This document shows positions 27,145 through 42,640 of a stretch of 64,000 nucleotides of DNA, piece by piece; the first letter of the stretch is position 1; each line of letters starts with the position of its first letter. The notes beneath the pieces are model-generated. The model did no database searches and had not been told where the DNA came from. It was given only the letters and a program-made list of their open reading frames with translations. This DNA comes from Octopus vulgaris (lineage: Eukaryota), in NCBI GenBank assembly GCA_951406725.2, contig OX597827.1:29822001-29886000 (forward strand), given 5' to 3'. Made by a program: the position numbers and the translations under genes.

Positions 27145-27154
27145 CGCCATCTTG
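27145..27154 (-). promoter_or_regulatory. YY1-type initiator motif (CAAGATGGCG) at the LINE 5' terminus
   Basis: The motif sits exactly at the unique/(TA)n boundary. YY1 sites occupy the 5' end of mammalian L1 internal promoters. Confidence 0.55.
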
Positions 27155-27207
27155 ATATATTTATACTTATATTTATATATATATATATATATACTATGTA
27201 TATATAT

Positions 27208-27248
<41 letters not shown>

Positions 27249-27261
27249 TATAAATATAAAG

Positions 27262-27312
<51 letters not shown>

Positions 27313-27318
27313 TATATC

Positions 27319-27399
<81 letters not shown>

Positions 27400-27430
27400 T
27401 ATATACATATACATATATATAATATATATA

Positions 27431-27488
<58 letters not shown>

Positions 27489-27703
27489 AAATATATATAT
27501 ATACATATACATATATAGATATATATATATACATATACATATATATAAATAATATATATATGCATGTATATATATACGTATATATTATATATACATATAT
27601 ATATATAAATATATATATATATACATATACATATATAAATATATATATATACACATATACATATATAATATATATATATACATATACATATACATATACA
27701 TAA

Positions 27704-27771
<68 letters not shown>

Positions 27772-27879
27772 AAATATATATATATACATATACATATATA
27801 TAATATATATATATAACATATACATATATATAAATACATATATATATATGTATATATATGTATATATATATATATATTT

Positions 27880-27973
<94 letters not shown>

Positions 27974-28138
27974 TTATGTATATGTATATCTATATGTATA
28001 TATATATTTATATATGTATATATATATATTTATATATGTATATGCATATATATATATTTATATATATGTATATATATATATATGTATATATATGTATATA
28101 TATATATGTATATATATATGTATATATATATATGTATA

Positions 28139-28225
<87 letters not shown>

Positions 28226-28284
28226 GTATATATATATGTATATATATATATGTATATATATATATATGTATGTATATATATATG

Positions 28285-28650
<366 letters not shown>

Positions 28651-28659
28651 CATACATAT

Positions 28660-28716
<57 letters not shown>

Positions 28717-28747
28717 GACATATATATACATACATATATATATATAC

Positions 28748-28792
<45 letters not shown>

Positions 28793-28975
28793 ATAATAAT
28801 AAATATTTGGGAATAAATCCAAATTTACAGGGAAAAAAAATCAGATTTAGGATTAAATCCAATTTTATAGTAAAATATTATAAAATATTATTAGAGACAA
28901 AACCACTATTTTGCAAAACAAACAAGGAAAGACTTAATCAATACATAAAATTTTAATAAATAGTCAAAAAAACCG

Positions 28976-29018
28976 CCACTACAATCGTTTCTTGTCTTGA
29001 TCGACAATCTTCAGGTGG
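28976..29018 (-). ncRNA. Type I hammerhead ribozyme
   Basis: Reverse complement of 29060-29102. Confidence 0.85.
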
Positions 29019-29059
29019 ACTTCCAATAAGTCAGTTTTTGAAACTGACTTATTGGAAGT

Positions 29060-29102
29060 CCACCTGAAGATTGTCGATCAAGACAAGAAACGATTGTAGT
29101 GG
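29060..29102 (+). ncRNA. Type I hammerhead ribozyme, canonical core
   Basis: ccac-CTGAAGA-ttgtc(gatcaa)gacaa-GAA-ACG(at)TGT-A-gtgg. All three stems and the full core are present. Confidence 0.85.
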
Positions 29103-29256
29103 CGGTTTTTTTGACTATTTATTAAAATTTTATGTATTGATTAAGTCTTTCCTTGTTTGTTTTGCAAAATAGTGGTTTTGTCTCTAATAATATTTTATAT
29201 ATATGTATATATATATGTATATATATATGTATATATATATATATAATATATATATG

Positions 29257-29287
<31 letters not shown>

Positions 29288-29309
29288 ATATATAAATATA
29301 TGTATATAC

Positions 29310-29375
<66 letters not shown>

Positions 29376-29384
29376 TATGTATAT

Positions 29385-29424
<40 letters not shown>

Positions 29425-29444
29425 TTTTTTATATATACTATATA

Positions 29445-29545
<101 letters not shown>

Positions 29546-29603
29546 TATATTATATGTATATACATATATTTATATATATATATCTTATATTATATATATA
29601 TAC

Positions 29604-29708
<105 letters not shown>

Positions 29709-29796
29709 AAGATATATATACATATTATATATATACATATATATATATATATACATATATATATACATATATATATATATGCATGTATATATATAC

Positions 29797-29827
<31 letters not shown>

Positions 29828-29898
29828 AATATATATATATATACATATACATATATAAATATATATATTTATATACATATACATATATAAATATATAT

Positions 29899-29931
<33 letters not shown>

Positions 29932-29932
29932 A

Positions 29933-30014
<82 letters not shown>

Positions 30015-30150
30015 AAATATATATATATATATTGTTATATTTCGGAATGGTCATATTGCCAGTTTAGCCAATAAAAACACACGCACTATATATTTGGTGT
30101 TATTTTGCTTCAGTGATATTTATTTTTTACATTAATCTTAATCTTATTTC

Positions 30151-30195
30151 GGCCAAAGTTCTTTCGTCACACTCCTGTGACCGCATCAGTGGTCC
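30151..30195 (-). ncRNA. Variant hammerhead ribozyme
   Basis: Reverse complement of 32503-32547. Confidence 0.55.
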
Positions 30196-30711
30196 TTTGT
30201 TTTCTTCTCACTTACTTGTGTCTCTCCTTACTAACCGTCAGCCATTTTGTATTTCTATTGTATGTCTTCATTTGCGCATGCTTATATCTCTATGTGCGTC
30301 TATGTTTATTTAGTGTGTGTGGGGGGGATGTCTGTAATATTTGTATCTTCTGGTTATATACATTCTTGTAATTTGTATTTTGTTTTTGTTGTTGTTGCTT
30401 TTGTTCTAATTTTGTTCATGTGTTTACATCCACCCATTATTATCATTACATATGCTTGTATGTATGTATAACAACAATATTAGTAATAATAATAATAAAT
30501 CTAATCGAGAAAAAAAAAAAAAAAAAGAATATACATATACATATATATATATATATACATACACATACATATACATATATATATATACATATATACACAC
30601 ATATATACACATATACATATACATATATATACACATATACATACACATAGATATTCATTTCTATTTCTTTAATTACCTGTGTATTTATTATGTTTGCAGG
30701 ATCCACTATTG

Positions 30712-31325
30712 TCATATGTTGTGGTGTGCGCTATTGCTCCATTCTAGTTTTCTATTCAGGCTAGGTTTATTTTCTATTATATGTGTAGCTTCTGTAATTT
30801 GTCTAATTGTTGCATCTGTTCTATGTGTGGACAATATCTTAATCTCTATGTTATTGATTGATCCCCCGTGTTCTTGTTCGGCGTGTTGGTACAGAATCGA
30901 TGAGCTTTTACCTTCCTTGAGTTGTCTCCAATGTTCATTCACCCGCTCACCAATGCTTCTTGCAGTTTCCCCTACGTATGTTACTGTCTTGTTACTGCAT
31001 CGTCCCTCTATACATCTTATACTATAGACCACATTTCTGGCTTTACAGTTCGTTTGTGGGCTAAATCTACATACAGTGCAATAGTTATCCGTACAGAGAG
31101 TTCTACTAAAAGGATAGGTTCTACCAATTATAGATCTGATAGGGTTGCCTGGCTTTTCAACAACCTTAATTCTTAGTTTAAGTTTATCTAGGGTCCTTCT
31201 AAAGCGGTACGCTAGTTCACCTCCAGGGGTGGTGTCAACGAACATGACACTCTGGTATTTATGGCTATCATACCAAGAGTTGGCCTTCCTTATTTTCTTT
31301 TTTGTCCTTTCTATAGTGTTCCATG
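30712..31325 (-). pseudogene. PLE linker + GIY-YIG endonuclease (inverted copy)
   Basis: Same protein as the + strand copy. Confidence 0.88.
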
Positions 31326-31987
31326 TATTATGTAATGATAGGAATGGGATTTGCCCACTCTATAGGACCAAGTCATGGAACACTATAGAAAGGACAAAAA
31401 AGAAAATAAGGAAGGCCAACTCTTGGTATGATAGCCATAAATACCAGAGTGTCATGTTCGTTGACACCACCCCTGGAGGTGAACTAGCGTACCGCTTTAG
31501 AAGGACCCTAGATAAACTTAAACTAAGAATTAAGGTTGTTGAAAAGCCAGGCAACCCTATCAGATCTATAATTGGTAGAACCTATCCTTTTAGTAGAACT
31601 CTCTGTACGGATAACTATTGCACTGTATGTAGATTTAGCCCACAAACGAACTGTAAAGCCAGAAATGTGGTCTATAGTATAAGATGTATAGAGGGACGAT
31701 GCAGTAACAAGACAGTAACATACGTAGGGGAAACTGCAAGAAGCATTGGTGAGCGGGTGAATGAACATTGGAGACAACTCAAGGAAGGTAAAAGCTCATC
31801 GATTCTGTACCAACACGCCGAACAAGAACACGGGGGATCAATCAATAACATAGAGATTAAGATATTGTCCACACATAGAACAGATGCAACAATTAGACAA
31901 ATTACAGAAGCTACACATATAATAGAAAATAAACCTAGCCTGAATAGAAAACTAGAATGGAGCAATAGCGCACACCACAACATATGA
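31326..31987 (+). pseudogene. PLE C-terminus: Cys-rich linker + GIY-YIG endonuclease (Naiad-like), 5'-truncated
   Basis: PLYRTKSW...FVDTTPGGEL...CTDNYCTVC...C..NVVYSIRC...[16 protein letters not shown]...H...EH...RQITEA...PSLN. Clade assignment is inference from motif recall. Confidence 0.88.
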
Positions 31988-32502
31988 CAATAGTGGATCC
32001 TGCAAACATAATAAATACACAGGTAATTAAAGAAATAGAAATGAATATCTATGTGTATGTATATGTGTATATATATGTATATGTATATGTGTATATATGT
32101 GTGTATATATGTATATATATATATGTATATGTATGTGTATGTATATATATATATATATGTATATGTATATTCTTTTTTTTTTTTTTTTTCTCGATTAGAT
32201 TTATTATTATTATTACTAATATTGTTGTTATACATACATACAAGCATATGTAATGATAATAATGGGTGGATGTAAACACATGAACAAAATTAGAACAAAA
32301 GCAACAACAACAAAAACAAAATACAAATTACAAGAATGTATATAACCAGAAGATACAAATATTACAGACATCCCCCCACACACACTAAATAAACATAGAC
32401 GCACATAGAGATATAAGCATGCGCAAATGAAGACATACAATAGAAATACAAAATGGCTGACGGTTAGTAAGGAGAGACACAAGTAAGTGAGAAGAAAACA
32501 AA

Positions 32503-32547
32503 GGACCACTGATGCGGTCACAGGAGTGTGACGAAAGAACTTTGGCC
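32503..32547 (+). ncRNA. Variant type I hammerhead ribozyme in the PLE 3' UTR
   Basis: ggacca-CTGATGC-g-gtcac(aggagt)gtgac-GAA-AG(aa)CT-T-tggcc. Position A9 is replaced by C. Confidence 0.55.
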
Positions 32548-32754
32548 GAAATAAGATTAAGATTAATGTAAAAAATAAATATCACTGAAGCAAAATAACA
32601 CCAAATATATAGTGCGTGTGTTTTTATTGGCTAAACTGGCAATATGACCATTCCGAAATATAACAATATCTGTTTCAACACACGACTTCACATAAAAAAT
32701 CTTGCACAACAAATATTTAAACGTATATATATATATACATATACATATATATAA

Positions 32755-32786
<32 letters not shown>

Positions 32787-32836
32787 AAATACATATATAT
32801 ATATGTATATATATATGTATATATATATATATATTT

Positions 32837-32915
<79 letters not shown>

Positions 32916-33099
32916 CATATATATATATTTATGTATATGTATATCTATATGTATATATATATATTTATAGATGTATATATATATATTTATATATGTATAT
33001 GTATATATATATATTTATATATATGTATATATATATATTTATATATATGTATATATATATGTATATATATATGTATATATATATATATGTATATATATG

Positions 33100-33132
<33 letters not shown>

Positions 33133-33257
33133 GTATGTATATATATATATATGTATATCTATATATATATGTATATATATATATGTATATATATGTATAT
33201 ATATATGTATATATATATATATATGTACATATATATATATGTATATATATATATATG

Positions 33258-33302
<45 letters not shown>

Positions 33303-33343
33303 ATATATATATGTTTATATATATATATGTATATATATACATG

Positions 33344-33376
<33 letters not shown>

Positions 33377-33397
33377 GTATATATATATATATGTATG

Positions 33398-33446
<49 letters not shown>

Positions 33447-33593
33447 CCGTGACTCTTATTTAACTTTCTCCTGAACTTTTTTCCTGAACTTATCTCTCTG
33501 TACTTTTCCTTCTTTACCTTTCTTCTTCCACCTCCATTCTTCCACTTTTGTCACCACCACTTACACCTACATACACATTCACCACTTCCCAAC

Positions 33594-35990
33594 ATGCCTG
33601 ACTTGCACTCGTTCGTCCAACACCTTCAATCCCTTCTTAGCCGCTTTCTCGCTTCCCCCCCCCCACCAATGCTTACAACCCGCAAAAAAACTTTCTCACT
33701 TGCTTTTTAAAAGAACTCGCCACTCTGACCATCTCTCCTTCCTCAGCCGTTGCGTCCGCTATCACGTCACACCCCGTGGCTTCCTCTTGAAGTTCCACCC
33801 CACCCCCTATTCCTCCCCCCCCTTCATCGTACCCACCCTCGCCCGCACTTCCCGCCTCCTCATCCGTGCTACCATCTGTTCCACCCGCTCTCTTCTTCAC
33901 TCCTTTGACCACCTACTTCCCCAAGCTGACCTCCACGCTTCACCCAACCTATTCTCCGCTTCATTCTTAATCTCAACCACCAGCTTCACAATTTCCTCAC
34001 ACACAAAAAACAAAAAACTCCACCACCTCCTCAACCCTTCACCTCCTTCCCCTGCCCTCTCCTCCACATCCTCCACATCCTCCCCTCCAGCTCCCCCGAC
34101 TCTCTCCACCCCTCCCCCTTCCCCCTCCACGGACAAACACACACCCCACCCTGACCTTTCTACGCCTACCCCATCTTCACCCAACCACCCCAACTCTCCT
34201 CCCCACACCTCTGCACCCCCTCTTCCTGACCCCACTCATCCCACCACCCCGCTTCCTCGCACTGTTGTCACTATACCCCCAATCTCCCCCTCTCCGCTGC
34301 CGAGCGCTCTCTCCTCAGTAAGGGAATCCGCTTCACGCCTCTCACGCGCCACTGTGACGAATTCGAGACTCGGACGGACGTCAACCAGTTCCTACGCCGC
34401 CTCAAACTTTGCGTCTTCTTCCACGCGTCTCCGCAGCGTCACGACAATCAGGATTGCTTTTTGGAGCTGGGGCGCCGCCCATCCAACTGGACGCCGCCCC
34501 GGGCCAATTCAGTAGCCTAGATTCGTTTGTGAACGACTGCAACGCGTTGGTAAACCGGTTTAACTTTAAAAAAAGACCTCTCCGAGACAACCTCACACAG
34601 GCTGAATTGGTTGCCCTTCGCCACCTCCGTCGCCGCAATGACATTGTCATCAAACCGGCGAACAAAGACGGAGCCGTGGTGGTATGGCGCGCGGATTTCT
34701 ACAGGGAGGAAGCGCTCAGCCAGTTTCAAAATCTCCTCTTCTATCGCCTCCTCCCCTCTGATCCCACCTCTTCCTACCAACAGCGAGTATCCTCCACCAT
34801 CCGCGAACTCATCTCGTCTTCTGCTCCCCCCCACCGCCACCAACCTCATCGTCCGCACACCCCGCACCTCCACCATCTATTTCCTTCCCAAAATTCATAA
34901 GCCCAATACCCCTGGCCGCACCATCGTTTCCGCCTGTAATTGCCCAACTGAACACATTTCCCTATACCTCGACCGCATCCTGTCCCCCTTAGTCAAAGCC
35001 CTCCCTTCCCACATACATGATACCAACCACGCCCTCCGTCTCTTCAATTCCTTTTCCTTCCCTTCCAGCCCCTCACACCTCCTCTTCACCCTTGACATCA
35101 ATCCCCGTATACGGAAATTCCCCACAACGACGGTCTCCTAGCTCTCCAACACTTCCTCGACCGTCGTCCCGACCCCACCCCTGGCACCCCCACCCTTCTC
35201 CGCCTGGCAGAGCTCGTCCTAACCCTCAACTGTTTCACGTTCGCCGGGCAAACGTACCAACAGGTATCTGGGGTCGCGATGGGAACGAGAACGGGCCCCA
35301 ATTTCGCCAATCTCTTTGTTGGCTACATTGAGGCCCAAGTATTCTCCCAATTCTCCGGGCCGACCCCAAAACTATACGGTCGTTACATAGACGACCGTAT
35401 AGGCGCCACCTTCCTTTCCCGCGAACAACTCTGCCACATCAACTCTTTCCTCTCTAACTTTCACCCCTCTCTACAATTCACTTCCACCATATCCAATACT
35501 TCCGTTAACTTCCTTGATATCTCACTCAGCATCGACCACCCCTCCCACTCTCTCACCACCTCCGCCTTCTTCAAACCCACGGATTCCCACCTCTATCTCA
35601 ACTTCTCCTCCCATCCCTTCCACACCAAACAGGCCATCCCCTACTCCCAGTTCCTCCGCCTCCGACGCTTGTGCAGCCGCGACCAGGATTTCGAGACCCA
35701 GTCTCAATACCTGGCCCGCCTGTTCAGGCTTCGAGGATACCCACCTACCCTGGTCTTGAACGCCCTCGCCCGCGCTCGTCGCATCGACCGCACCACCTTC
35801 CTCTACGGTCCAATTCTCCCGTCGCACGTCACTTCCGCTCGGCCAGCCATTCCCCCGATGACATCTCGGTGTTTGGTCTTGCCCCACACAACGGCTCTCC
35901 ACAATCTAGGCTTCACTTGGAGCAACGGCTCATATTCCTTCTACAGACTCTAACCCCCACACGGACTCAACGCAGCCCCCTCCTCTTAGT
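33594..35990 (+). pseudogene. PLE reverse transcriptase with a partly deleted GIY-YIG domain
   Basis: HLSFLSRC...PRGF, DIVIKPANKDGAVVVW, YFLPKIHKPNTPGRTIVS, AMGTRTGPNFANLF, RYIDD, HTKQAIPYSQFLRLRRLCS, then SPVARHF...EQRLIFLLQTL. Many frameshifts. Confidence 0.9.
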
Positions 35991-36099
35991 GACTGCGCTC
36001 CACTTCTCCCTACTAGCATCTTTTACTTTTTATTTATTATTTATTATTTATTTTTTATTTTTTATTTTATATTTTTTTATTTTTTATAATTGTCCTGAT

Positions 36100-37313
36100 G
36101 CAGTCACACACACACAAATACTCACGTAGCCACGAACACACCTACTTCCAACACACCACACACACACAACGTACATGCACATGAACGCACACATACTTCC
36201 ACACTTATACACCCACCCACACACCCACACACCCCCACGCGCACACACACATGCCCGTGCAAACACACCAGGGACAATACTCATACAGATACGCACACTC
36301 CTATAAATACCTAGCTGAGACGCACAGATACACGCACGTAAGCGCACACACGCACACAAGAACGCGCATGTACCTTACGCCCACACAACTCCAACCCCCC
36401 ACACGCATACATTCACACACACACATACATACGTACACACACATAATACATACATAGAAACATTCATACATACATACATACACACACGCATACATACATA
36501 CATACATACATTCATACACACATACATACACACACATACACATATGCACACATACATACATTCACACACACACATACATACACACATACATATATACATA
36601 CATACACACACACACATACATATACATACATACATACACACACACACATACCCACACATACACGCACGCACACATACATATATACATACACATATATACA
36701 CACACATACATACATACACACGTACACACATACATACATACATACATACATACACACATATATACATACACACACACACATACATATACATACATACATA
36801 CACACACACACACATACCCACACATACACGCACGCACACATACATATATACATACACATACATACACACACATACATACATACACACGTACTCACATACA
36901 TACAAACATATATACACACACATACATACACACATACATACATACATACATACACACACATACACACACATACACACACATACACACACACATACATATA
37001 CATACATACATACACACACACATACTCAATACATGCATACACACATACATACATACATGCACACACACAGACACACATACATAGTTACATACATACACAC
37101 ACACATACATATACATACATACACACATACATATACATACATACGTACACACACGCACATACACACATACACGCATGCACACAGACATACATATATACAC
37201 ATACATACACACATACACACATACATACGCACATACATACACACACACACACTTACATACATACCTACATACACACACACACATACACACACACAAACAC
37301 ACATACATACACA

Positions 37314-37351
<38 letters not shown>

Positions 37352-37574
37352 TACAAACATACATACACACATACGTACATACACACACGCATACATATAC
37401 ACATACATACATAGACACATATACATACATACATACACATACATACACACACATATGTACACACACATACACACACACGCACGCACACATACATACATAC
37501 ACACATACATACACACACATATATATACATACATACATACATACACACACATACACACACACATACACACACAT

Positions 37575-37605
<31 letters not shown>

Positions 37606-37793
37606 CATACATACACACACACATACACACATACACGCATGCACACATACATACATACACACACACACATACATACCCTACATACATAGATACATACATA
37701 CATACACACACACATACATACACATACATACGTACACACACGCACATACACACATACACACATGCATAAATACATACATACACACATACGTAC

Positions 37794-37828
<35 letters not shown>

Positions 37829-39075
37829 CATACATACATACATACATACACACATACACACACACATACACACACATACATACACACACGCATATATATA
37901 CATACATACATAGACATACACACACATACACACATACACACATACATACACACACATACATACACACATACATACATACATACAAACATAGATGCATACA
38001 TACACGCACACGCACATACATATACATTCATACGTACACACACACATGCACACATACACGCAGGCACACATACATACATACACACACACATACATAGACA
38101 CACATACATACACACACATATACGCACATACACACACATATACACACATACATACATACACACACATACATACATACATACATACACACATACACACACA
38201 TACACACATACATACATACATACACACACGCATACATATACACACACACACATACGTACACACATACATACATAGATACATACATACACATACATATACA
38301 TACATACATACATACACACACACATACACGCATGCACACATACATACATACACATACGTACACACACACACATACACACACCCATACCTATACACATACA
38401 CACATACATACATACATACACACATATAAACATATAAACACACATATAAGCCTCTACATTGTACACACACGCACACATATATACATACATTCACTCGCAC
38501 GCACGTACACACACACGCACACACACACACATTTACATATATATACTATACACGCACACACACATACACACGTACAAATACACACAAACTCACATACACA
38601 CCGACAGATATACATACACAATATACACCTATCCGCGCACGCACACATACACACAAACACATACAAACGCACACATACACGCACACACATACACGTACAT
38701 ACATACACACTCACACAAATGAACCCACACATACATCCCTACACACACACGCACGTACAAGCACACCCGCACATATACACTAGGTTAAGCACAGTTACTC
38801 GCGACACACCCAAACTCTACGCATACACACACGAACACACACATGCACACACACACACACTACAAAAAACACACACACATGATACATATACTTACACGCA
38901 CACACATATAACCCTTTGTTTTTTGACCTGGTTTTGACCTGGCTAGATACAAATGAGTGCCACTCCTTTATGACAGCTAGCTTGCCATGCCAATTATTCA
39001 CCATACACACACACACGCACGAACGCACAAACACACTTGTCATCCTTGCACACACACACACACGCACCCACACAC
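36100..39075. repeat. Complex (CA)/(CATA)-rich satellite inside the PLE 3' UTR
   Basis: Direct reading. Unique anchors are shared with 52690-55000. Confidence 0.9.
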
Positions 39076-39367
39076 AAACCTTGTCTTTGAAACTCTCTTG
39101 TTTTTAAAAATCATGATTCGTCTACCTCTCAACTTCTGTTCTTTCAACATGTGATCTCTTGAGCACCACCAGCAAAAATATATTTTCCTCTGTCTTCCCT
39201 TCTCGGGATCTTTCCTTCTCCTTGTTTCCGGAGCGTCAAATAATACTTTAATTGTTCCACGCCCTCGCGTTGTTGTGTTTTCTCTTTGTGTTTTCATGTT
39301 TGGATTAACTATATATATATATATGTATATATATGTATATATATATATATATGTGTGTGTGTATATG

Positions 39368-39671
<304 letters not shown>

Positions 39672-39680
39672 ATGTATATA

Positions 39681-39897
<217 letters not shown>

Positions 39898-40048
39898 GTA
39901 TATATATATAAATATATATATGTATATGTATATATATATGTATATATATATATATGTATATGTATATGTATATGTATGTATATGTATATATATATATGTA
40001 TATATATATGTATATATATATATGTATATATATATATGTATATATATT

Positions 40049-40099
<51 letters not shown>

Positions 40100-40158
40100 G
40101 TATATATATATGTATATATATATGTATATATATATATGTGTATATATATATGTATATA

Positions 40159-40207
<49 letters not shown>

Positions 40208-40283
40208 GTATATATATATATACATATATATAAATATATGTATGTACATATATATATAAATATATGTATATACATATATATAT

Positions 40284-41171
40284 AAAACCTTAAATCCTTA
40301 AAAATGTTTTAGCCCGAAGGCCGCGGCCATGCTGGGGCACCACCGCTGAATGAGCTACACTAGTTTGTGAATCCACCTCTGATACGTGGAACTTGATCAA
40401 CAAGGGAGTTCGATGCTGCTGCCCGCATCCGTGTCTCCTGTCGTGAGGTAGGTTCATCTGGGACTCCCAACAAGAAGAGATCCAGTTTAGTTTTAAAGAA
40501 ACCCACATCCACACCATGTAAGTCTCTCAGACATTTAGGGACGATGTTAAAGAGCTGTGGTCCTCTGAAACCCAAGCTGTTGCAGTATCTGGACCTGTAT
40601 TTTGATGGTGATGTTGGAATCCTTGGCACCACGCAGCGGCGCCCTGTTCTGCGGTTGGAGTAACTTTGAATGCCAAAGTTTGGGACAAGACCCTCCAGGA
40701 TTTTCCAGATGTATATCACTGCATATCTCTCCCGCCTCCGCTCCAGGGAGAAGAGGTTTAATACCTTCAGTCTTTCCCAGTAGCTGACATTTTGCATTGA
40801 GACGATTTTCTTTGTGTAGCTTCTCTGAGTTGCTTCGAGTTCTGCTGTTTGTTTTATATTGTGTGGTGACCAAAGTTGGGAGCAGTAGTCCAAGCGGCTG
40901 AGGACAAATGTTTTCCATAGGACCATCAGTGTCTCCTTCTCTCTTGTTCTGAAAGTTCGGAGAATCCATCCAGCTAGCAGTCTACATTTTATCACCAGAT
41001 TAGCAATATGCATTTGGAAAGATGCATCATTGCTCATGTCAATGCCCAGGTCACGCACTGATTTTGACTCAGGGATTGCAATTCTTCCTGGGCCAGTGTA
41101 TCCAGTCTTCACGTCATTTACCTTTGTGTGCCAGTAGCGCAGGGCCTGGAACTTACCTGCATTAAACTGCA
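40284..41171 (-). mobile_element. 5'-truncated sister copy of the LINE at 21531-27154
   Basis: Near identical to 21531-22417, with the same tail. Inserted in (TA)n. Confidence 0.95.
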
Positions 41172-41206
41172 GTATATGTATATACATATATATATATAAA
41201 TATATG

Positions 41207-41239
<33 letters not shown>

Positions 41240-41246
41240 GTATATA

Positions 41247-41297
<51 letters not shown>

Positions 41298-41317
41298 GTA
41301 TATATATATGTATATAT

Positions 41318-41667
<350 letters not shown>

Positions 41668-42121
41668 GGTGTATATATATATGTATATATATATACATAT
41701 ATGTATATAATTAACACTTACAACTCACATGATTTTATCTTTCGTTTCAAAGGCATATATTTCTTGAGACTAACCTCCGCATAATTAGAATACCTCCCAT
41801 CAACGTTTGATCAATCTTTTGATAATACACTAATTTAAGTACAAATTTTAAAAATTCACACTCAAATAACGTTTGTCTCAAACCTCGAAAGTATTACTTT
41901 GTCTTCAATATTTACTCCCCACGCCCCCACCCGCCGCATATCTGCACTAAAATCCCTAATTACAGCACTCAATGCTATGAATCCACACATTACGGAAATA
42001 TCTCAACCCTTTTGATCCTAACCTCGCTAAGATTTGAACTCGGACCATAAGAAACGTAACAAACACAGCAAACAATTTTTCCGATGCTCCAATTACCTCT
42101 TGTTACCTCTCTGTCTTTCGC

Positions 42122-42164
<43 letters not shown>

Positions 42165-42179
42165 ATCTCGAGTGATATA

Positions 42180-42640
42180 TTTCTTTCTTTATTGCCCACA
42201 GGGGGATAAACACAGAGGGCACAAACAAGGACAGACAAACGGATTAAGTCGATTATATCGACCTCAGTGCGTAACTGGTACTTAATTTATCGACCCCGAA
42301 CAGATGAAAGGCAAAGTCGACCTCGGCGGAATTTGAACTCAAAACGTAACGGCAGACGAAATACGGCTACGCATTTCGCCCGGCGTGCTAACGATTCTGC
42401 CAACTCACCGCTCTCTCGAGTGATATATTGGTTTCAAATATTGGCACAAGGCCAGCAATTTCGGGGCAGGGAGTAAGTCGATTACATAAACCTCACAGTT
42501 CAAATGGTATAAATTTTATCGTCTGCGAATGTATGGAAGGGAAAGTCAACCTCGATTTGAACTCAGAATGTAATAACCGATGAAATACCGCTAAACATTT
42601 TACCCGGCGCGCGAACGATTCTTCCATCTCATCGCCTTTC
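42180..42640 (-). mobile_element. Two SINE family B copies
   Basis: Collinear with other family B copies. Confidence 0.75.

Larger units (their letters stand above)
21531..27154 (-). mobile_element. Apparently full-length (about 5.6 kb) CR1/L2-group LINE inserted in (TA)n
   Basis: 5' end with CAAGATGGCG, long 5' UTR, ORF1, ORF2 (APE + RT), short 3' UTR and (TTTAAGGA)n tail. TA arrays on both sides. Confidence 0.9.
28795..29197. mobile_element. Palindromic PLE/retrozyme terminus (157-bp arms, 3-nt spacer) in (TA)n
   Basis: 28881-29037 is the reverse complement of 29041-29197, with a one-sided extension to about 28795. Confidence 0.8.
30031..32722. mobile_element. Penelope-like element 3' portion as a large inverted duplication (about 1.3-kb arms, 48-nt spacer)
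   Basis: 30031-31325 is the reverse complement of 31374-32667. It contains a GIY-YIG ORF and a hammerhead, has a 55-nt extra tail on the right, and is flanked by (TA)n. Confidence 0.9.
33447..39309 (+). mobile_element. Penelope-like retroelement (Neptune/Poseidon-type), degenerate, with a CA-rich 3' UTR and pLTR
   Basis: RT pseudogene, then about 3 kb of CA-rich sequence, then a pLTR tail shared with 41418-41618 and 55020-55275. Flanked by (TA)n. Confidence 0.8.

Noticed and set aside
31145-31325. Hydrophobic N-terminal extension of the 280-aa ORF
   Set aside because: It is antisense read-through from the inverted arm, not part of the native PLE protein.
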